30,724 bases of DNA, from positions 1-30,724 of IMG/VR virus record IMGVR_UViG_3300027785_001015; one strand, 5' to 3'. Source of the DNA: a virus (Duplodnaviria > Caudoviricetes). The notes under the pieces were generated by a model. The model was given only the letters and a program-made list of their open reading frames with translations. It was not told where the DNA came from and made no database searches. The translations under genes and the position numbers were made by a program. Of the stretch, positions 24,887-30,724 are shown one piece after another (the stretch's first letter is position 1; every line of letters starts with the position of its first letter).

Positions 24887-25298
24887 ATCTTTCCCCTAAA
24901 TATTTGCAATCATTCTTTGCCAATGTGTAAAGGACTAAATCCCCATCAGCCATGCCGTCCTTGATTCGGGCTTCTTCTGTGAAACCCATCTTTTCAACCA
25001 AAGTGACACTTTTTGAATTTGTTGCATCTACTGGGACAATTATCTTTTTGACATCGCAAACCACAAAAGGATAGTCAAAAATCACCGCCAAGTATCTTGG
25101 TGTCAACCGACCAGAAATGGCAATATGGCAAGTAATTGACCGCCTATTCCAATTCTCGTAAATTACACCGGCAACAAACTCGCCGTTTTTTTTCAATCCG
25201 ATAGACCGGCTTCTTGCCTCGTGATAGCCACCCTCAATCTTTTCAGCAGTCCAATGACCAGCCGAATGATCGGTAACTATCTCAAAGCACACCGCCAC
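24849..25298 (-). CDS. GNAT-fold virion-assembly protein
   Basis: IFDYPFVV...NSKSVTLVEKMGFTEEARI; conserved position after the tail stabilisation gene. Confidence 0.75.
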   Translation of the reverse strand: MAVCFEIVTDHSAGHWTAEKIEGGYHEARSRSIGLKKNGEFVAGVIYENWNRRSITCHIAISGRLTPRYLAVIFDYPFVVCDVKKIIVPVDATNSKSVTLVEKMGFTEEARIKDGMADGDLVLYTLAKNDCKYLGERYGKKSTTCTGSA

Positions 25299-26829
25299 CC
25301 TCGAACACCAGATCGGTTGCGACCCACTGCAATTGTATGCCTTGCGTTGCTGTTTTTAACAACGGCGCAAAGGTATAACCAATATTTGTTGCACCCTGCC
25401 AGTTGGCAATTGGCACTAAACCTGACCCCCAAAGGGCAGCATCCCACAAGCCTGTGTCCCAAACACCATAATTGCTTATGGAAAAATTGAGCTGTGCTGC
25501 TTCATCTGCAAGGTTGTAATCCACATTAACATCACCAAAAACTGATGGCGTTCCATCGCTTTGGATGTGGTAACGAATCATCTTGCATTGCTTTTGTAGG
25601 GCTGTTCCATAGGTTTGGAATGATTGCAAAGCAAAGCCGCTGATGTCAGTGTCATCGTCTGCGTTGCCATTCCAAGCCGCCGCCACATAATTACTGCCAC
25701 CAAAATAAGGGTTGTCGTTAAACAATTCCCAGCAAGTTGCCGACCAGCCGGTAAAGTTGCACCAGCTCTTTGTAATGTTGTTCATCACATACTGCTGCTC
25801 ATCGCCGGTGCTTATAGGCACATTCATAATTAATTGGTTTTCTTTTGGGTAATACAACAAACACCACCCAAAATTATCACCATACAAACTGACCGCCTGG
25901 CTGACCGCATACTGGATTTTATTGGTAATTGATACCCTTGGATCAAGCCTTGAGCTTTGCAATGCCCCCGACATGGGGACAATGCCATCTTGCGTGATGA
26001 TCAGCAAGTCACCGCCAAACTTTGTGTAGCAGCGCCTGCCAATTGGAGCGCCCAGCTTCCACAAGCCCACCATTGAAATGCCTGTTGGCGTGGTAGGGTC
26101 GGTCAGTCGCCAAAGGATCAATTCGCCCTTGTTGGTGATAAACGCCAAATTGTCGTCAACCCCATAGCCAGCGTCCAGCGTCCATGTCATGCCAGCCATG
26201 ATGTAGCCGCCTTGCTGCACCAAGCTGGTCATATCCAGCGCCACAGCCGCCCCACCAATTGCATTTATTGGCAAATACCAAACCTTTAAACTGCCGGTTT
26301 CAATCAACCAAATACGGTTTTTAAACAGCAAAATGTTTGAACAATTAGCCGTATTTACGCCAGTAATATCATAAGGCGAGCCATCTCCATCCTTATGCCA
26401 ATTTGTGCCATCAAAGATTCGGAGCTTGTCTGCGCCGTTGACCGCCATCAAATAGGATGCCGCCGGTGTGGTGATGTTTGTGTACTGGAATTTTGAGTTT
26501 GTCAGACTGCTTACTGCCGCAGCACCCACCGCACCCGCGCTGGTGGCATCGTAAATTTTGCCATCAGATATGGCAAACAATTTGTTTGAAGTCCCCGAGC
26601 TGTACGCCATCAGTGTCTGCACTTCAGCGGGAAATCCTGTGGCGTGTTTGGTGTAGCCGTTTCGCAAGATAACCGAGTTAGTGCCAGGCCAAAAGTTCTG
26701 CAAAGTTACCGCATCCAAGGGATCCATTGCCCCCAGCGCATCCCGAGCATTCCAGCCCCCAATTGGCGCGGCAACCGTCACCGTCTGGGCAGACTGTTGG
26801 CGGGGTATCTTGGCAAATGAATTTAACAT
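25282..26829 (-). CDS. Tail tubular/DNA-stabilisation protein (P22 gp10-like)
   Basis: APIGGWNARD...LQNFWP N-terminus, propeller-like beta repeats and a WDTGLWDAALWG motif. Confidence 0.75.
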   Translation of the reverse strand: MLNSFAKIPRQQSAQTVTVAAPIGGWNARDALGAMDPLDAVTLQNFWPGTNSVILRNGYTKHATGFPAEVQTLMAYSSGTSNKLFAISDGKIYDATSAGAVGAAAVSSLTNSKFQYTNITTPAASYLMAVNGADKLRIFDGTNWHKDGDGSPYDITGVNTANCSNILLFKNRIWLIETGSLKVWYLPINAIGGAAVALDMTSLVQQGGYIMAGMTWTLDAGYGVDDNLAFITNKGELILWRLTDPTTPTGISMVGLWKLGAPIGRRCYTKFGGDLLIITQDGIVPMSGALQSSRLDPRVSITNKIQYAVSQAVSLYGDNFGWCLLYYPKENQLIMNVPISTGDEQQYVMNNITKSWCNFTGWSATCWELFNDNPYFGGSNYVAAAWNGNADDDTDISGFALQSFQTYGTALQKQCKMIRYHIQSDGTPSVFGDVNVDYNLADEAAQLNFSISNYGVWDTGLWDAALWGSGLVPIANWQGATNIGYTFAPLLKTATQGIQLQWVATDLVFEGGGVL

Positions 26830-27116
26830 TAGGCTTTGTTTCGTCGTGATATGGCCTTAGCCGTAGCCTTAGCTTCTTCCTTTGAGCCAGCCCCCCAAGC
26901 CTTGAGGGACAACGCTAGTCGGGTCGGCTCGCCGTTCTTTTCCATTGGACCAGGCATATTGCCCATCCGCGCAAGGAATGATACTCGGCGCGGGTTGTCC
27001 CCTGACTTGACAGGCGGCTTTAAATCCATACCCTCTGCCTTTGCCGAGGCTCTGCCCTTGGCATTTAACCCGCCCTCGGGATTCTTGCCCTCCTTGCGTT
27101 GCCAAGCCGCGGTCAT
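26829..27116 (-). CDS. Small basic conserved phage protein (DUF6321-like)
   Basis: AWQRKEGKNPEGGLNAKGRAS...RRVSFLARMG...LSLKAWG. Confidence 0.7.
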   Translation of the reverse strand: MTAAWQRKEGKNPEGGLNAKGRASAKAEGMDLKPPVKSGDNPRRVSFLARMGNMPGPMEKNGEPTRLALSLKAWGAGSKEEAKATAKAISRRNKA

Positions 27117-27271
27117 TTCTTCTTCTCAGGCTTTGCAGTCTTGGCAGCTTGTTTGAAATCCTTGGCAGACGGTGCGCCCTCAGTGCCTGGCTTTCTCATC
27201 TTCTCGCCCGAGCCTGCGGCGATTCTTGCCCTTTTTGCCTGAATATTTGCATACAAACCATCGAGTTTCAT
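27113..27271 (-). CDS. 52-aa basic protein (not in ORF track)
   Basis: AAGGAG SD; MKLDGLYANIQAKRARIAAGSGEKMRKPGTEGAPSAKDFKQAAKTAKPEKKK; ATGA overlap with the next gene. Confidence 0.75.
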   Translation of the reverse strand: MKLDGLYANIQAKRARIAAGSGEKMRKPGTEGAPSAKDFKQAAKTAKPEKKK

Positions 27272-27280
27272 ATCGTCTCC

Positions 27281-28198
27281 TTAGACACTAGGCCAATTGC
27301 CATCTTGCACACTCCACGGCCCAACCAGTTGGTTCATTCCAACCGGCGCAAGGGACATGGCAGAAACTGGTTGATCTTGAGCTTTGCAGTATGAAAGCGC
27401 CCGCATGAACTCGCCCAGCTCAATTGAGTAATCGAGCTTTTTGGCTTTCAAGAAGTAGAACTTTAATCCAGCCAGCATCAGATCATCAGGAAATATTGAG
27501 GTGTCTGTGTCTGCCGTGTAAGCCGATTTTGACCCTTGATCCGAGCCTGTAGCGCAAACCCAGTAATTCGACACATATTCAAAGGCAAAGTTGTAAACCG
27601 TGGTCAGGGCTTGGAAAATCCTAAACTTGTTGTTGTAGATTCGATAGCGCTCGCGTGGGCCAATTGAGATAATGCCGCCTTGCAAGAATTGCCAATCTTG
27701 TGATGACTTTGGCCCGAGGTTGCGCCAATGGTCAGTCCTGTCCCAATTGGTGTCGGAAATCATGCGGTCGTAGCCATCAGGCAGGTCATAGTCCTGTTTG
27801 GCAAACGTCATTGATACTGATGACGTTGAGGTAGCCACCGGCGTGTTTAGCGTCACCTGTGTACCGCTGTCAATCGTCAAAATCTCAGCATACGGCGCTT
27901 GCCCTGTACCTGTGATCACATTGCCAACCTGCAAAGCCGCAGTAGTTGGAATGTTTGTGATGACCTTTGAGCCTGCGGTGATGTTTCCTGTGGTGCTCAC
28001 CGCAACCTGTGTTTGCCAGATGTACGCTTGCACCAAACGCTGCCATTCGTAATCCCTAACCAAATCCTTGCCCAACCGTTGAGCCAAAGCAAGAATCTGG
28101 ACGGTCTGATTATTAGATGAGCCGATTACCGCCGCTGGCTGAGTTAAGCCCAGCTCTGCGGACATTTGGTCAACCAGTTGCAGTAATGTGTAACTCAT
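27281..28198 (-). CDS. Head-tail adaptor (tail tubular protein A-like) with inserted beta domain
   Basis: TLLQLVDQMSAELGL...EWQRL, DYDLPDGYDRM, FEYVSNYWV and FPDDLMLAGLK. Confidence 0.7.
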   Translation of the reverse strand: MSYTLLQLVDQMSAELGLTQPAAVIGSSNNQTVQILALAQRLGKDLVRDYEWQRLVQAYIWQTQVAVSTTGNITAGSKVITNIPTTAALQVGNVITGTGQAPYAEILTIDSGTQVTLNTPVATSTSSVSMTFAKQDYDLPDGYDRMISDTNWDRTDHWRNLGPKSSQDWQFLQGGIISIGPRERYRIYNNKFRIFQALTTVYNFAFEYVSNYWVCATGSDQGSKSAYTADTDTSIFPDDLMLAGLKFYFLKAKKLDYSIELGEFMRALSYCKAQDQPVSAMSLAPVGMNQLVGPWSVQDGNWPSV

Positions 28199-28199
28199 G

Positions 28200-28778
28200 T
28201 CACTCCTCTACGGTTTCTTTTTTAGGTCGTCCGGCTCTTTTATTGATCATCGCACGAAGTTCAGCCAACTCAGCTTCTTGAGCTTCCAACTTTTTATCCA
28301 TCTCTGCGCGGAGTTTGTCCATCATCTGCGAATCTTGCGCCGCCATAATGAAAGTCCGAGCCTTTGATCTTAAGTCGTTAAAGCCCATAATCTTGTCGCC
28401 AGCCACATCGGGCAGGTTTGCAAACTGATCAATGGTGAAAATGTTAAGGGCTTTGAATTCTGCCTTTTGTGTTTCTGACACAGCCGACCAAGCATCAATT
28501 GGTGTGCCGGCGACTTTTTGTTCTTTCTTTTGCTCAAACCGCGCCCACTCAATTGGGAAATCTTCCATGTCTTGCTCGCGCATAGGACGGTCAACAATTA
28601 AGGTCGAATCGCCTGGCACTAGCTTCTTGATAAAAATGCGCTCTTCAAAGATCGGGCGTTTCTCTGCATCTGATTTAAAGTTGTTTCGCACCTGCACCGC
28701 ATGGAAAAACACCGCCATCTTGCCACGGTTGTCTTCCATGAAGTTATCGTTTGTCCAGCCAGCCACTTCGTTTTTCAT
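28200..28778 (-). CDS. Conserved phage protein with HhH-like motif and AT-hook-like tail
   Basis: GTPIDAW...FKALNIFTIDQFANLPD; C-terminal KRAGRPKK. Confidence 0.65.
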   Translation of the reverse strand: MKNEVAGWTNDNFMEDNRGKMAVFFHAVQVRNNFKSDAEKRPIFEERIFIKKLVPGDSTLIVDRPMREQDMEDFPIEWARFEQKKEQKVAGTPIDAWSAVSETQKAEFKALNIFTIDQFANLPDVAGDKIMGFNDLRSKARTFIMAAQDSQMMDKLRAEMDKKLEAQEAELAELRAMINKRAGRPKKETVEE

Positions 28779-29512
28779 GCTAATTCCTTGAGTTTTAAAG
28801 CAGTTTCCTGCATAAGTCCATCACCGAAAAACACAACTTCAGCATCCTGCGTTTCTATGAAATTTTCCATTTCAATCGCCGCTTGGAGCATTTGCTGTGT
28901 CGTTTGGAAAGTTCTCAAACCAACTCTGACCATGATTTTAACTTGATCCTTGCCAGTGTGAGCGCCTGCGTGACGATTTTTTACAAACGAGCAATCCATG
29001 CCATGAATGTCAAACCGGCGAAACCCTAAAGCCGCCGAAACATTCATAGCCCGCATTCCTACGCTCGAACCGCCACCAATCAGGCTTTCCATCCCCTCTG
29101 GATGGTGCTGGGCAACCCATGCCACCGTCTCTAAATCATTTCCATTCACTAGATGCCATACCTTAACATTCTTTCCTTTGAGGGTCTCCCAAAAGTCTGG
29201 GTGGCAAACTGATGCCATCAGGTACTTAGTATTTTTCTGCGGCTTCCTTAACATCTGCGCCTTGTGCGGTCTAGGGTCACAGTCCACATGGAAATCAGGA
29301 ATAACGCCCCTTTCCACCAGATAGTCATGCGCCCCCGAGACCGTCATGATCGGATGCCTAAGCTGCCGCCAGGTGTCCTCAAGGCTCGGGCCATAACACG
29401 CAATGGTCATGCGCCGGTCGTTGAACTTGCCCTTTTTCTTGAGCATGGGCAGGTGCATTGACTTTGCCATTTGCTCATGGCGCTCGGTGTTGGTCAAGAC
29501 CCCTTTAAGCAT
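28775..29512 (-). CDS. Stand-alone Maf/DUF115 (MptE-like) protein
   Basis: IACYGPSL, TVSGAHDYLVERGVIPDFHVDCDP, MASVCHP and IGGGSSVGMRAMNVSAALGFRRFDIHGMDCSF. Confidence 0.8.
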   Translation of the reverse strand: MLKGVLTNTERHEQMAKSMHLPMLKKKGKFNDRRMTIACYGPSLEDTWRQLRHPIMTVSGAHDYLVERGVIPDFHVDCDPRPHKAQMLRKPQKNTKYLMASVCHPDFWETLKGKNVKVWHLVNGNDLETVAWVAQHHPEGMESLIGGGSSVGMRAMNVSAALGFRRFDIHGMDCSFVKNRHAGAHTGKDQVKIMVRVGLRTFQTTQQMLQAAIEMENFIETQDAEVVFFGDGLMQETALKLKELA

Positions 29513-30006
29513 TCCACCCTCATGTCACGAAATGGGAAATGGTATCTTGGCTCGCAAAATGTGATGTTCTGCATTCCTACCGACTGCAACATATCGTGCA
29601 ATGGGCGCTGAAACCAGCCCCAACGGTGGCACATTTCCTCGGCCTTGTACTTAGGGTCACCCCACAGGGCATAGGTGGTCATAAAGGGCTGTAACGGTTC
29701 TTTAGTGATTACGCAGTTGGACACATAGGCGAAAACCTTATCCATGCAGGGCAGCTCTAGAATCATCTTGCCGCCTGGCTTTAAAACCCGCTTCCACTCA
29801 CTCAGCAGGTCATAGACCTCCCACTCGTAAAAGTGCTCTAAAACGTGGATTGCGGCTACCGCATCGGCTGAGTCAGTCGCCAACTCGAGTTTTCTAAGGT
29901 CGCATTTGATGTCTGAAATATCAGAATGCAGGTCAACGTTTATCCAGCCGTCCCATTTTTTCTTTCCACATCCAAGGTTGTAGGCCGTTTCGTAGCTATC
30001 TTCCAC
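29494..30006 (-). CDS. Class I SAM-dependent methyltransferase (glycan-locus type)
   Basis: NLGCG..WINVD, AIHVLEHF and EWKRVLKPGG..ILELP; likely GTG start at 30006 (the track extends to 30096). Confidence 0.85.
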   Translation of the reverse strand: MEDSYETAYNLGCGKKKWDGWINVDLHSDISDIKCDLRKLELATDSADAVAAIHVLEHFYEWEVYDLLSEWKRVLKPGGKMILELPCMDKVFAYVSNCVITKEPLQPFMTTYALWGDPKYKAEEMCHRWGWFQRPLHDMLQSVGMQNITFCEPRYHFPFRDMRVECLKGS

Positions 30007-30724
30007 TTGTCGATCAGTGTTGCTGGCGAGAATTCTTCCATCACGAACTTCTGCGCCTTGGAAATTAGTTCGTTCATGTCCTGTTGTGTTGTCCATTCGA
30101 TGCCCTCTTTGATGTTGCCAATGTAAATGGGGAAACCCTCCAAAGCTGGATGCGGCTCTGCAACCACATAACAGCCTTGGCGAATTGCCTCAATTGCCCT
30201 GTTTGCGCTTTTGTAAGGAGCTGTGGCAGGGATCACCACTATATCGGCTCGGGCAAATTCCCTCAGCATGGTCTCATGCGACCAAGGGATTGCCCCATCA
30301 AAGTTTGATACCACCCGCAAAGAATAATATGCAAGGTCGGGCAGTATGCGTTGCAGGCTATCACGGTTGACATGATGCCCATACCAAAGCAACTTGACCC
30401 CATTGCAGTGCGGTGGCATCTCGGGGTACTCATAAGGGTCTGGGATCACCGTAGCATCCCGCCCCAGCTCTTTAATTCTTTTAGCCATCTCAGCGGTTGA
30501 ACAAGTCACCGCATCAGCCAGGCGTAGCGCTTCTTGGTAGTGCATCCAATCAAAATGGTCATCACAAAAGTCCACCACCACCCACGCCCCGCGAGCTTTA
30601 GCCCGAGCCATCACCATTAGCTCATTAGCTTGCGGCTTGGCAAATATCAGCGTGTCAGCGGTCAAATCATTCTGGCTTGCCCAATCGCCCGCCGGTATCT
30701 TGGCTCGGTAGCGCCAGCTTGCCG
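29940..30724 (-). CDS. C-terminal GT-B glycosyltransferase part of the Maf-GT fusion (5'-partial in this copy)
   Basis: VVDFCDDH, ADAVTCST, LLWYGH, WSHETMLREFARADIVVIP and KSANRAIEAIRQGCYVVAE. Confidence 0.85.
   Translation of the reverse strand, partial: ASWRYRAKIPAGDWASQNDLTADTLIFAKPQANELMVMARAKARGAWVVVDFCDDHFDWMHYQEALRLADAVTCSTAEMAKRIKELGRDATVIPDPYEYPEMPPHCNGVKLLWYGHHVNRDSLQRILPDLAYYSLRVVSNFDGAIPWSHETMLREFARADIVVIPATAPYKSANRAIEAIRQGCYVVAEPHPALEGFPIYIGNIKEGIEWTTQQDMNELISKAQKFVMEEFSPATLIDKWKIATKRPTTLDVERKNGTAG
30371..30724. repeat. Terminal overlap, copy 2
   Basis: About 89% identical to 1-354, ungapped. Confidence 0.95.

Noticed and set aside
29494-30006. DNA methyltransferase / anti-restriction role
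   Set aside because: No DPPY/NPPY or PC motif. The LGCG, HVLEH and LKPGG pattern is the small-molecule/glycan type.
17712-30308. + strand and nested alternative-frame ORFs over the tail, ejection and lysis genes
   Set aside because: Shadow ORFs with no SD or recognisable domain.
30371-30724. True direct terminal repeat or DGR template/variable repeat pair
   Set aside because: Packaging DTRs are identical. These differences are mostly synonymous, not adenine-specific, and no reverse transcriptase is present.
1-30724. CRISPR array, integrase/att site, IS element, intron or tRNA genes
   Set aside because: I saw no spaced repeats, recombinase or transposase motifs, or interrupted genes by eye.

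Overview
This window is an apparently complete, circularly permuted ~30.4 kb podovirus-like tailed-phage genome. Bases 1-354 re-occur at 30371-30724 at about 89% identity. Gene style suggests a freshwater proteobacterial, probably betaproteobacterial, host, but that is inference only. A divergent switch at ~13400-13500 separates two arms. The rightward early arm (13539-16996) encodes small membrane proteins, a lipoprotein, ERF, a YqaJ exonuclease and an SSB-like protein. The leftward arm encodes a Cro-like HTH, a structured RNA region, a short replication protein and nucleases. It then continues as a long late operon: ferritin-like protein, GT8-like enzyme, terminase, portal, scaffold, capsid, decoration protein, [across the window ends] glycosylation genes, adaptor, tail, ejection proteins, fibre and lysis genes. 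I found no integrase, CI repressor, polymerase, primase or helicase. Two candidate systems stand out. (1) A putative virion-glycosylation module directly behind the capsid genes: a Maf/DUF115-GT-B fusion missed by the ORF track, a SAM methyltransferase and a second Maf/DUF115 protein, plus a separate GT8/CDI-like enzyme. (2) A C4/CI-like three-way-junction RNA with complementary upstream and downstream targets and a U-tail, placed between cro and the replication gene, which may provide RNA-based control in a phage lacking CI. All family assignments come from motif recognition by eye, not database searches.
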